From a virus (Duplodnaviria; Caudoviricetes), in the IMG/VR virus record IMGVR_UViG_3300006169_000026, positions 2,697-66,696 of that record: a stretch of 64,000 nucleotides of DNA, one strand, 5' to 3'. Shown piece by piece: positions 20,207 through 29,345 of this stretch. Position numbers and translations under genes: made by a program. Below the pieces are notes generated by a model, which was not told where the DNA came from, made no database searches, and saw only the letters and a program-made list of their open reading frames with translations. How positions within the stretch are numbered: the first letter of the stretch is position 1; each line of letters begins with the position of its first letter.

Positions 20207-20842
20207 ATGCCCATCACGAACGCAAAGACCTACATCGAACAAGGCGAGTTCACCGCGCTCGTCGGCGGGCTCGGTGCGAACATCGGGATCATCGAGACGC
20301 AGATCCGGGCGCTCGCGCTCGGCGCGGCCATCGCGCGCGTGCAGCTCTACGGCGGCGAAGACGGCGTCGAGATCGAATGGGCAGGGCCGCCGAGCGCTGC
20401 GGACCTGCAGCTGGTGGCAGAGCTGGTGCCGACCATCACGGGCGGCGGCACCACCAGCCAGCCCTTCGTGTACGAGAGCTTCGCGATGTCGGCTGCGAAT
20501 AGCGCCACGCCGGTCGTGAAGATCGACGAGACGACGCCTCCGCTCGACGCCGGCACCTATCAGGTTAGCTGGGTGAGCAACATCCAGATGGCGGCTGCGC
20601 TCGCCAACACGGGCGTGCAGGCTTCGATTCGGCTCGAGCGACTGCCAGACGGCGCCGCCGTCGAGCAACCCGACTCGTGGGATCTGCCATTCCCACACGC
20701 ATTCAACGGCTCTCAGCCATTCCAGATCCAGGCGGGCCAGCGCATCCGCGCCCGTCTCACGTTCTGGCGGCTGGGCGCGAGCGGCTCGGCGGAGATGCGC
20801 GGCGCGCGCGTCACCATCGACAAGGTCGGCGAGATCACGTGA
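20207..20842 (+). CDS. Putative virion structural protein
   Basis: 211 aa, beta-rich, SD gaaagggggg, follows the fibre. Confidence 0.55.
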   Translation: MPITNAKTYIEQGEFTALVGGLGANIGIIETQIRALALGAAIARVQLYGGEDGVEIEWAGPPSAADLQLVAELVPTITGGGTTSQPFVYESFAMSAANSATPVVKIDETTPPLDAGTYQVSWVSNIQMAAALANTGVQASIRLERLPDGAAVEQPDSWDLPFPHAFNGSQPFQIQAGQRIRARLTFWRLGASGSAEMRGARVTIDKVGEIT

Positions 20843-21168
20843 GTTGCTCCTTCCCGCCCGTGCCCGAGCTCCCGTTCCCGGTGCTGCCGCCGCTCGCGTT
20901 GCCCGCGCTGCCGGCGGTGCCGGGTCTGCCGGGCTTGCCCGGCATCCCGCTGCCCGGGCTGCCCGCGGTGCCGACGCTCGGATTCCCAGTGCTGCCGGCG
21001 ATCGCGCTGCCGGCGCTGCCCGCGGTGCCGACGCTGCCGGCTCTCCCGAGCTTGCCGCTGCCGGGCTTGCCGGGGCTCCCGTCGCTCGCGTTCCCGCTTC
21101 CGATCCCGGCGCTGCCGGCGCTGCCCGCGGTGCCGACGCTGCCCGACCTCTTCTGTCCGCTCGAGTGA
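20839..21168 (+). CDS. Pro/Leu-rich low-complexity protein (LPxLP repeats)
   Basis: GTGA overlap with the previous stop; 109 aa bounded by SCSF and FCPLE. Confidence 0.6.
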   Translation: MSCSFPPVPELPFPVLPPLALPALPAVPGLPGLPGIPLPGLPAVPTLGFPVLPAIALPALPAVPTLPALPSLPLPGLPGLPSLAFPLPIPALPALPAVPTLPDLFCPLE

Positions 21169-21210
21169 GCCGTTCAGGCTGATGGCACCAGCTCTTCGCA
21201 TGTCGCGAAG

Positions 21211-21804
21211 ATGAGCCTTGAGGTCATCATGCCCGAGCCACAGTCCTATTTCATCGACAAGCAGCGTCTGATCCGCGCGCCGTTCTTCCGCTACGGCGGC
21301 GCCGGGGGGCAGTCCACGACGATCGCTGCCGGCACCGCGACGGCGGGTCACATCTACGCGCTCCGCAACCCGGCGGACTCCGGAGAGCGGATCCACATCG
21401 CGTCGCTCCGGCTCGCGTTCCTTCCGGTCACTGCTTTCGGTGCAGCGCAGGCGGTCCGGCTCGGCGTCTACAAGCTCACGGGCTATAGCGCAGCGCACAC
21501 GGGCGGCAGCGCCATCACGCCCGCGAAGCGCCGCACCGGGCAGAGCACCGCCAGCGTCGGCGCCGCTCGCATCGCAGACACGGGCGCGCTCACCGCAGGC
21601 ACGCACACGATCGGCTCGGCGCAACCGCTCTTCAGCATCGGCGCTCACGGGACGCTGCCCGCGTTCGACAAGACGTTCTCTCCGGCGGACGGATATGTCG
21701 AGGTGCTCGAGCCCGGTGAAGGCCTGCTCGTGCGGAACGAAGTGCTGATGGGCGCGAGCGGCGTCGGCGTCTTCGTCGTGGAGCCCGAGGGCTGGGAGCG
21801 CTAG
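21211..21804 (+). CDS. Putative virion structural protein
   Basis: 197 aa, beta-sandwich-like composition; last gene of the rightward operon. Confidence 0.55.
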   Translation: MSLEVIMPEPQSYFIDKQRLIRAPFFRYGGAGGQSTTIAAGTATAGHIYALRNPADSGERIHIASLRLAFLPVTAFGAAQAVRLGVYKLTGYSAAHTGGSAITPAKRRTGQSTASVGAARIADTGALTAGTHTIGSAQPLFSIGAHGTLPAFDKTFSPADGYVEVLEPGEGLLVRNEVLMGASGVGVFVVEPEGWER

Positions 21805-21864
21805 GCTTTCCAGCGTGACGCCGCGCTCTCTCCAGAGGCGCGAGCGTTCGAACGGCCCGGTCCA

Positions 21865-22065
21865 TCAATGTTGCTGCGATGGCTCGGGCCGTTCCCTTTC
21901 GTCCGATTGGACGCGGCGTCCAGATGGACGAGTGTACGTGTCGAACCAACGGCACACCGGGACGCGGTGCACGACGCCGAGCTCGGGAAGCAACCAGCAC
22001 GGGGCGCCGCACTTCGGGCACGGCGCGCTCGGCTTGCCTTTGAGGTCTACCCGGACGCGCTTCAC
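21865..22065 (-). CDS. Small Cys-containing protein (VKRVRVDLKGK..CPKC)
   Basis: GTG overlaps the TGA of the upstream gene. Confidence 0.4.
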   Translation of the reverse strand: MKRVRVDLKGKPSAPCPKCGAPCWLLPELGVVHRVPVCRWFDTYTRPSGRRVQSDERERPEPSQQH

Positions 22066-22625
22066 TCGGGCAGGCGGCACACGTTCTCGACGCAGGCCAG
22101 GCCCTCGGCGCACTCCCACGACTCCGTGCAGCTCGCGCCTTCGAGCGCGCGGGACGGCGGCGGCGCGAGCCCCGGATCCAACTCGAGCGCGGGGCGCGGT
22201 GCCGGCGGCGGCTCGGGCAGGAGCTCGGGCGTAGCCGGCGTCGGCGGCGCTTCCGGATCGTCCGCCATGAGCTTCGAGGCTACGGCAGCCATGAGCTTCA
22301 CGCCCTGCACGATGGGCCCGCGGTACTCGGGCGCCGCCCAGATGGCGAGCACCTGACCGAGAAGCGTGAATGCGCCGATGGCGATCGCCGTCCACTTGCT
22401 GCCGCCCTTCACGGCTCGCACCGGTAGGCTTGGTCGTGGCGGTTCAGCTTTCGGCGGGGGCGCGCTGGAGAGGCGCTCGACCACGTCGATCGGGATATTC
22501 ACCGGCAGACGCGCTTCAATCAGCTTGTAGACGTCCTCGACGGTGCGCGGCGGCTCTCCGCCGGCGCTGCCGGGTAACCGTTGCGGGCGCGGGATCGCGA
22601 CTCCCGTTGGCGTGTCGTTGCTCAC
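22062..22625 (-). CDS. Membrane protein, possible holin/antiholin, with a C-terminal Cys-rich motif
   Basis: Hydrophobic WTAIAIGAFTLLGQVLAIWAA, Pro-rich linker, CTESWECAEGLACVENVC; follows the endolysin. Confidence 0.6.
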   Translation of the reverse strand: MSNDTPTGVAIPRPQRLPGSAGGEPPRTVEDVYKLIEARLPVNIPIDVVERLSSAPPPKAEPPRPSLPVRAVKGGSKWTAIAIGAFTLLGQVLAIWAAPEYRGPIVQGVKLMAAVASKLMADDPEAPPTPATPELLPEPPPAPRPALELDPGLAPPPSRALEGASCTESWECAEGLACVENVCRLPE

Positions 22626-22635
22626 GCCGGAGAGT

Positions 22636-23463
22636 CTATCTCAGGCGGTGTGCGCGCGCATCCGTCGTGAAGCGGAGGAAGTCGCTCACCGGGAAGTGCG
22701 GCCCGGGATCCCAGTGGGTGCCCTTCTCGGGGAACGCCTTCGTCACTTCGGCGTGCGTCGTGATACCGGGCGCGCCGCGCTTGATGTGCTCGGCACCGAT
22801 AAACGCCGTCGGGATCCCGAAGCGCTCGCACAAGTAGGCGGTGAGCTCGGCTGCGAGTAGGAGCATCCGGAGCGAGTAATCGTCGAGCCACTGCGCGCGG
22901 CTCTGCCGCGCGTAGCCGGCGAGCTCCACGCCGATCCCGCGCCCGTTCACCCCCGGCGCGTGCCAGGCGATCCGCTCGGGCGGCACGCAGCAGATCACCG
23001 AGTCGGCATCAACGCAGTAGTGGGCGCTCGTGCGCGGCGCGGCCCCGCGCTTCCCAGCAAACCAGGCGGCCACGTTCTCGGCGGTGGTGGACGCCTCTGT
23101 GGCTTCCATCGAATGGAGAACTACGAGATTCTTCGCGACCGCGCCGACGTTGCGTTGCCAGTTGGCCGCCTCGACGTACACGAGCGCTTCCGGATCAAAG
23201 AGCACCTGCGGCCGCGCGATAACCTCGACGTTGATCGCCGCGCGGGTTTTCTCTCCAACGACGCCGTCGGCTCTGAGGTGGCGGGCGGCTTGCCAGGCGA
23301 CGGTCGCGTTGTGCACGCTCGGGTCGAAGATGTTGCTCGGGCCCGAGAGATCGAAATCGTCATCCTCGAGCACGAATCGCCAGGCGGCCACGTCAGCGCC
23401 GGCGTCGCCGAGCCTCATCACCTTGCGCCACTGGTCGGGCCGCGGATGCGCTACGTCGTTCAT
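22636..23463 (-). CDS. Endolysin: peptidoglycan-binding domain + N-acetylmuramoyl-L-alanine amidase (Amidase_2)
   Basis: ADGVVGEKT binding motif; VVLHS, SAHYCVD, AWHA, IGVELAG, HWDPGPHFP. Confidence 0.9.
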   Translation of the reverse strand: MNDVAHPRPDQWRKVMRLGDAGADVAAWRFVLEDDDFDLSGPSNIFDPSVHNATVAWQAARHLRADGVVGEKTRAAINVEVIARPQVLFDPEALVYVEAANWQRNVGAVAKNLVVLHSMEATEASTTAENVAAWFAGKRGAAPRTSAHYCVDADSVICCVPPERIAWHAPGVNGRGIGVELAGYARQSRAQWLDDYSLRMLLLAAELTAYLCERFGIPTAFIGAEHIKRGAPGITTHAEVTKAFPEKGTHWDPGPHFPVSDFLRFTTDARAHRLR

Positions 23464-23604
23464 GGGTCGCGATAGGGTTTGCCGGGCGAGCACTCTGCGG
23501 TGGCGGTCATCCCGCTCGCACGCTCCAATGAGGTAGGCGCGACCGCAACGAAGCGTCGAGAGCCGACCCGGCAAGCTCACGATACCAGCGCGCGCGCGCC
23601 AGCG

Positions 23605-26217
23605 CTACACGTTCGGCAGTGCAGGTCGAGCCCACAGCGTGATGCGGCGGCGGACCTGGTTGACCTGGAAGTTGCCGCCGAGCGTGAGCGTCTTGGCGGT
23701 GTTGTCGTAGCTCACGAGGTTCGCTTGCTGCGGGTTGATCACCTCGTCGACGTCGTCGTCCATCACCAGGAAGTCGCCGATCGTGAAGAGCGTCGGGATA
23801 TTCGCGAAAGCGCCGGTGCCGACGGTCACGTTCGTGATGGTCGGCGAGTCGTAGGTCAGATCGCCGTACACGACAGCAGCAAGCGAGTAGCGGCGGCAGT
23901 GGATCGGGTAGAACGTGCACGTCTCCGGGAGCGACTCGAGCAACTCCTCGTCGTCGTCGTATCCGTTCATCGCCTCGAGGGTGAGCTCGGTCCCGGTGCG
24001 GCTCTTCACCAGGAACGCCACGCCGTTGTCGCCCGACACCAGGATGTCGCCGACGTCGCCGCCCGTGTGCATGAGGCTCGCCGTCGTGATGCCCGGCACA
24101 TCCACGACCAGGATCCGCCCGGTGAGCGAGACGACGTCCGCGCCCGGCAGGTTCACCGAGCCCCACGCGACGGGCACGCCGGGATCTCGCCCGCTCCCGA
24201 GCGCTTTGATTCGCTTCGCGTAGACGTTGAGCCCGAGGTCCCGCGAGCTGCGCTGGCACGCGGTGTAGAACTGTGCAGCCTGCAGGACGTTGCCGGTGAT
24301 GGTTTTGACGTAGCCGCTCATCGCAGAGAAGCCGCCGAGATCCATCGAGCCGTTGCTCACCACCACGCGCAGGGTCGCGTTGTATGCTGCTCGCTGATAC
24401 GGCTCGTCGAGATCGACGTCCTGGCCGTCGAAGTGACAGTTGTTGAAGATGAAGCACCGGCCAGGTTCGATCTCGCCACTCACGCCAGCAGCCTTGAAGC
24501 CCAGATACCCGCCGCGCGCGGCCGCCATGTAGAACCAGGTGTTTTCGAAAATGGCCTGTGCGACCGCGCCCTGCCATTCGAAGACCCACGTGGGCACGCC
24601 GAGTTGATCCCACAGCGTGAAGCCGAACTCGCAACTCGAGAAGCGCGCCATGCCCTGGCGCTGCGCGTCTCCGGCGCCGCACACGCCCACCTTGTACATC
24701 GCTTCGGCAAAGCACCCGTAGAACGCGGGGCCCTGGCCATAGTTCAAGTTCGTGATCTCCAGGAGCTGGATCCCGATCTCGAAGCTGCACGAATAGACGG
24801 AGATCTGCGGGTTGCCGATCTGCAGCCCGTGCCGGACGGTGGTGAGCGCGGTGTGGCAGTACGCAAAGATGCAATCGTAGATTGCCTGCACGCGCGCCTG
24901 CGTGTTTCCCCACGAGTAGCCCCACACGCAGAAGATGATCTGCGCTCGGCGGACCTTCACGAAGTCGCCGTTCGCGTCGCTGTTGGCCGGCTGAAGCGCG
25001 ATGCCAACGACGAAGCCGTTGATCTCCACGTCCTCGATGAGGACGTTGCGGGAGTGGAGCTTCCCGTACTGCGGCGTCACGCCGAGAAACGCGGGATAGG
25101 TGACGTCCGGGTAGTGCGTGCCGGGCTGCACGCCCGAGTACGGATCGATCGCGATGCCGGCGAGCGGCGCGTATCGCGAGCTCGCGCTCGCCGGGAACTC
25201 CGGATCCACCCATGCGCTCGGCTGCAGGTGCGACATGTTGAGCGCGTTGGCGACCGAGAGAATGTGCTCGCCCGCTTTCTCCTGCACGATCGACATGCCG
25301 CGCACGACGGTGCTCCGGCCGCCGCTGATGGCGACCGCCGGGCGGTCGTTGAAGAACGCAACGATGGCGGTGCCGCACCCGCTCACGTGGTACTCGCCGC
25401 CCTGGCGCAGCCCGGCCCCGATAAACTCGACGCTCCGGAAGTCGGTGCCGTATCCGAGATGGATCGTGTCGTCGATGCGGAGCACGCCGGCGGGCACGAT
25501 GACGCGCGGCCCCTTCGCTTTGCCGAGCCCGGCGCTGCGATACATCGCGTAATCGATCGCGGCTTGAAGCGCCGGCGCGTGGTCGTAGAGCAGCGTCTCG
25601 TCGTACGCGTCCGTGATCTCCGCGGCCGTCATGAAGTCGGTGACGTAGATGTCGTCGGAGAGCCTGCTCGCGACGCTCCGCGCGACAGCTCCGGATCCCG
25701 GCGCGAGGAATGATCCACTCGTCGCGCCGTTGGCGATGAGCGCATTGAGCGGGTCGGCCCAGCCCTCGACGCCGAATTGGTTGGTCTCGGTCGCGACGAT
25801 CTTCCGGAGCCCTTCGCCGGCGGCGATGTAGAGCCCGCGTTCGTGGACCAGCGACGGGTCCTGGACGACCCGCCCGCTCGCGAGCGTCCGCTGCCCGCGG
25901 TCGACCACGCACCGGAGGATGTACGAGTGAGCGCCCGTGTCCGGAGCCTCCCCCGTGACCTCCCCGGCGGGCGAGCTCGGCGCCGCCGTGCCGCCCGAGG
26001 TCGAGCCCTCGAGCGTGATGAGCGGCGCTCCCGAGCTGGCGCGCGGCGGGTTGGCGGCGATTCCGAGGCTCGGGTCAGATCCCTCGCGGTAGACCTGGAA
26101 GAAGACGCTCTTCACGCCCAGCGGCTGGCGGAGCTTCAGGCGGAACGTCTCGCCGTTCGTCGCCTGGTACCCGTGGTCCTGGCCGTCGTCGTTGATGTCG
26201 AATAGAGCGCTAACCAC
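23605..26217 (-). CDS. Tailspike with right-handed beta-helix (pectate-lyase-like) depolymerase domain
   Basis: 870 aa; GAVARSVASRLSDDIYVTDF...DHAPALQAAID...VIVPAGVLRIDDTI motif. Confidence 0.8.
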   Translation of the reverse strand: MVSALFDINDDGQDHGYQATNGETFRLKLRQPLGVKSVFFQVYREGSDPSLGIAANPPRASSGAPLITLEGSTSGGTAAPSSPAGEVTGEAPDTGAHSYILRCVVDRGQRTLASGRVVQDPSLVHERGLYIAAGEGLRKIVATETNQFGVEGWADPLNALIANGATSGSFLAPGSGAVARSVASRLSDDIYVTDFMTAAEITDAYDETLLYDHAPALQAAIDYAMYRSAGLGKAKGPRVIVPAGVLRIDDTIHLGYGTDFRSVEFIGAGLRQGGEYHVSGCGTAIVAFFNDRPAVAISGGRSTVVRGMSIVQEKAGEHILSVANALNMSHLQPSAWVDPEFPASASSRYAPLAGIAIDPYSGVQPGTHYPDVTYPAFLGVTPQYGKLHSRNVLIEDVEINGFVVGIALQPANSDANGDFVKVRRAQIIFCVWGYSWGNTQARVQAIYDCIFAYCHTALTTVRHGLQIGNPQISVYSCSFEIGIQLLEITNLNYGQGPAFYGCFAEAMYKVGVCGAGDAQRQGMARFSSCEFGFTLWDQLGVPTWVFEWQGAVAQAIFENTWFYMAAARGGYLGFKAAGVSGEIEPGRCFIFNNCHFDGQDVDLDEPYQRAAYNATLRVVVSNGSMDLGGFSAMSGYVKTITGNVLQAAQFYTACQRSSRDLGLNVYAKRIKALGSGRDPGVPVAWGSVNLPGADVVSLTGRILVVDVPGITTASLMHTGGDVGDILVSGDNGVAFLVKSRTGTELTLEAMNGYDDDEELLESLPETCTFYPIHCRRYSLAAVVYGDLTYDSPTITNVTVGTGAFANIPTLFTIGDFLVMDDDVDEVINPQQANLVSYDNTAKTLTLGGNFQVNQVRRRITLWARPALPNV

Positions 26218-26241
26218 GCCGTCTCTCCCGGAGCCAGCGGC

Positions 26242-26265
26242 CGCGCCTGCCGGTCAGGGTATCAC
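26242..26265 (-). repeat. 24-bp repeat copy 2 (inverted)
   Basis: CGCGCCTGCCGGTCAGGGTATCAC is the reverse complement of 18062-18085. Confidence 0.9.
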
Positions 26266-26609
26266 GTGGAGCGCGCCCGATCGCCCGCGATTTCGAGAGT
26301 GAGCTTTCCCCACCACTGGTTGTGATACTGCTCGGCGAGGCGCACCAGGAACGCGCCGCCCTCCCGTGGCGTGAACGCGAGCTCGCTCGGCTTGAATCGC
26401 CGGTACACCTTCCGCATGGCGAGCGCTCCGGTGGGCGTGTAGACCTCGCACTCGAGCGGCAGCACGATGCCTTCGGGCAGCGTCGCCGAGTAGTCGACGG
26501 CAACCACGACAGGCTTGAATGCCGCGAGCACCTGGTTCGGATCCGCGAGCGTGAGGCGGAGCCGGTCTTCGCCGATGTAACGCGGGCTGAGTTCGTCGAG
26601 CAGGCTCAC
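26262..26609 (-). CDS. Hypothetical tail-associated protein
   Basis: 115 aa, overlapping start/stop within the leftward tail operon. Confidence 0.55.
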   Translation of the reverse strand: MSLLDELSPRYIGEDRLRLTLADPNQVLAAFKPVVVAVDYSATLPEGIVLPLECEVYTPTGALAMRKVYRRFKPSELAFTPREGGAFLVRLAEQYHNQWWGKLTLEIAGDRARST

Positions 26610-26977
26610 GTGACGTCCAGGTGTAGGATGATCCCGCCGCCGCCGGCGCGGTGCAGGACGTAAGTGTAATGCCCGGCGATCATCGGCGTGAAGGACCGCT
26701 CGCTGCTCCTGCCGGGCGAGACGCTGACCAGCGGCGCCGGGGATGGCGACTCGGCGAGCCAGCCCATGAAGAGCCGCCCGTCGAGCGCGCTATCGAGCGG
26801 TGCCAGGACGCCGTCGACGGTGGCGCGGATGAAGACCGGCACCCCTATCGACGACGAACGGCGCCGGAACTCGCGCCCGGGAGCAGGGTTGATGCGGCTC
26901 GGCAGAGTCGGGAGCTGGGCGGGGTCACGCCACAGCGTGATGGTCGGGCCGACCCATTGAGCGCTGAAGTCCGGCAT
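26606..26977 (-). CDS. Hypothetical tail-associated protein
   Basis: 123 aa in the leftward tail operon. Confidence 0.55.
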   Translation of the reverse strand: MPDFSAQWVGPTITLWRDPAQLPTLPSRINPAPGREFRRRSSSIGVPVFIRATVDGVLAPLDSALDGRLFMGWLAESPSPAPLVSVSPGRSSERSFTPMIAGHYTYVLHRAGGGGIILHLDVT

Positions 26978-26983
26978 CTGAGC

Positions 26984-28129
26984 TCAGAACCCGGAGAAGC
27001 CATCCGATGCCATGGTGCGCGTACCCTTCGCGTAGAAGAGTCTTCCCGACGCGACGCCGTAGCCGTGGAGCGTGCCCGCCGGGAAGAAGATCGGGGCGGA
27101 CCACGACAGCCCCTCGTCGACGCTGGCGATGGCGAATGATCCGTCGGTCGTGCGCGCGCCGATCAGCACGAGCAGTCCGGTATTCGGGCAGCACATCAGC
27201 TTCGGGACGATCGCCGCAGACGGCTGCAACAACGCTGGCGGCATGTTGTTGTCGGCCGTGGTGAGATCAGCGATCGGCGTCCACGTCACGCCATCTGGGC
27301 TGGTCGAGACGCGGAGCGCGCCGGAGATGAATCCCGCGTGCCAGATCTTCGATCCGCCGTTGCCAGTGATGTAACCCTCGTTGAGCCAAGATCCGCTGGG
27401 CGGCGCGGGGTACCCGCCCGAGTCGCTCCACGAGGTGCCGCCGTTGTCGCTGATGGACATCCGCGGGAAGTCCGAACCGTCGCGGCCGCAGATCACCGTG
27501 CGTCCGCCCGACAGCACGGCCATGCCGCCGAGCCCGCTCGTCGAGAGCGAGTGCGTCGTGACCGTCCAGCCCGGCGAGATATCGGCATCCGGCGAATGCG
27601 AGACCTGCGTCGTCGGTCCGCGGCAGATGAATCGAGCGTGCGTCGGATTCCACACGACCTGCTCGGCGAGAAATCCCATGTCGCCGCCGACGAACCAGGT
27701 GGTGCCGCGATTGTCCGTGTAGTTGGCGCACTTCGTACTCGACGCGTTGGTCGTCGGCACGAGCACCACGCGCTGCAACGTGCTCGAGTAGGCTGCGCTC
27801 ACAGCGCCCCCGGCGACGGCCTCGCTGAGCGTGCCCTTCACGACGGCGATTGGCGTGTCCAGCACCTCGACAACACCATCGGCCCCGCTCCGCATCACGA
27901 GCGTAGGCTTTCCCTCGCCATCGGGATTGATCACGGCGAGCGTCTCGTTGGTCACCGCGAACGTGGCTTCGAGCAGTCGCGGCAGCAGTAGCGCCGGGAG
28001 TTGCCGGTGGGTGATTCGATCGATGTCGTCGCCGGCGCCGATGAGCTTCGCTTGGAAGTCGTTCAGATGCGCTGGCGTGAGCGGCTGTCCCTGTGACCAG
28101 CCACCAGCCTTGATCGGTGCGATCGGCAT
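26984..28129 (-). CDS. Tail fibre/receptor-binding protein with BNR/Asp-box beta-propeller
   Basis: Asp-box repeats SISDNGGTSWS, STSPDGVTWT, SVDEGLSWS. Confidence 0.7.
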   Translation of the reverse strand: MPIAPIKAGGWSQGQPLTPAHLNDFQAKLIGAGDDIDRITHRQLPALLLPRLLEATFAVTNETLAVINPDGEGKPTLVMRSGADGVVEVLDTPIAVVKGTLSEAVAGGAVSAAYSSTLQRVVLVPTTNASSTKCANYTDNRGTTWFVGGDMGFLAEQVVWNPTHARFICRGPTTQVSHSPDADISPGWTVTTHSLSTSGLGGMAVLSGGRTVICGRDGSDFPRMSISDNGGTSWSDSGGYPAPPSGSWLNEGYITGNGGSKIWHAGFISGALRVSTSPDGVTWTPIADLTTADNNMPPALLQPSAAIVPKLMCCPNTGLLVLIGARTTDGSFAIASVDEGLSWSAPIFFPAGTLHGYGVASGRLFYAKGTRTMASDGFSGF

Positions 28130-28836
28130 TATTCTTCCTCGAGCCCGGTGTAGCCCAGCAGCGAGACGCCCACTGCGAAGCCGAGATGGGTGATGATGTG
28201 ATAGGTCGCGTTCGACGGCAATACGTCGTGCAGCAGGCGGCCCGCGCGCTGCATGACCCGGAGTTCTGCTGTGCCCGGCAGCACGCCGTCGCCGATGTCG
28301 AGCAGCGCGACGACGTCGAAGCGCGTCGAGTAGTTCGGCAGCGCGGTGCTCTGCCGCCCGCCACCGAAAGGCTCGTCGCCGGCGTAGTCCTCGAAGGCGC
28401 GGCCGGCGACTGTGACGACGCTGAGTTCGTCCGGCACCTGCACGAGCTGGAAGCGAGGGTCGAGCGCTTGAAGGCTGGCCTCGATCTCGGGCAGCGAAGC
28501 CGCGAGCTGGAGCGTGTAGAGCTGAGCGGCCGCTTCGCGGCGCTCGTCGTCGGTCAGGTCCGGATCATCGGTGAGCCCGTAGATCCGCTCGTAATAGGGC
28601 AGCAGGTCCGTCGCCAGATGCGGAAACGCCTGTAGCGTCGCGCGCTCGTCGTCGCTCGTGCAGCTCGCGATGGCGCGTGCGAGCACCATGCGCCGCAGGC
28701 CGTCGATCCCGGAGTCGTTGATGGCGGTGCCGCCCTTGCCAGCGGCGGATCGGAGCGCCGCGTACACGCGCTCGGTGCGCGTGGGCCCGCCGCCGAATGT
28801 CATCGGCATTGGGTTGTGCCAGCCAAAGCCGCCCAC
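28129..28836 (-). CDS. Baseplate wedge protein (gp48/gpI-like)
   Basis: FPHLATDLLPYYERIYGL...DDERR motif; synteny after the J-like gene. Confidence 0.7.
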   Translation of the reverse strand: MGGFGWHNPMPMTFGGGPTRTERVYAALRSAAGKGGTAINDSGIDGLRRMVLARAIASCTSDDERATLQAFPHLATDLLPYYERIYGLTDDPDLTDDERREAAAQLYTLQLAASLPEIEASLQALDPRFQLVQVPDELSVVTVAGRAFEDYAGDEPFGGGRQSTALPNYSTRFDVVALLDIGDGVLPGTAELRVMQRAGRLLHDVLPSNATYHIITHLGFAVGVSLLGYTGLEEE

Positions 28837-28839
28837 GAG

Positions 28840-29343
28840 TCACCCGATAAACACGGCGACGTCGTTGCCGTCGCTCACAGCATCAGCGCCATCGCGGATG
28901 GAGACCTTCACGCCGCTCGGCACACCGGAGAGCGGCGTCACCAGCACGCGCCGGGTCGCGGTTTGGCTCGGCGTGACGACGGTGCCGAAGCCGTACTCGA
29001 AGACCAGCGGCACGGACTCGCCGTCCATGTCAGGCACCGACGCGGGGTACTCGACGTTATAGTTGCCGACGCCGACCCGCGTGATCGTCGGGTTGGCGTA
29101 CGCGCCGGTCGTGAGCCCCTTCGGATTCCACGCCTCGCCGCGGGCGAGGATGGGCTGCGATCCCGAGTTGGCGGTGAAGATGATCTTCGCCCGATAGGAG
29201 ACGATGCCCATGCCGGCTGCTTGCCAGCGCAGCAGGTTGTACTGCTCGGCGGTCGCCTCCTTATTCGGGTTGAGCACCCGCCCCGCGTTCACGAGCGTGG
29301 GCCCGAGCGATGCGAGATCTGGCCGTGTGGGAAAGCCGCCCAT
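28840..29343 (-). CDS. Hypothetical baseplate-associated protein
   Basis: MGGFPTRPDL..., 167 aa between J-like and gp48-like genes. Confidence 0.55.
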   Translation of the reverse strand: MGGFPTRPDLASLGPTLVNAGRVLNPNKEATAEQYNLLRWQAAGMGIVSYRAKIIFTANSGSQPILARGEAWNPKGLTTGAYANPTITRVGVGNYNVEYPASVPDMDGESVPLVFEYGFGTVVTPSQTATRRVLVTPLSGVPSGVKVSIRDGADAVSDGNDVAVFIG

Positions 29344-29345
29344 CG

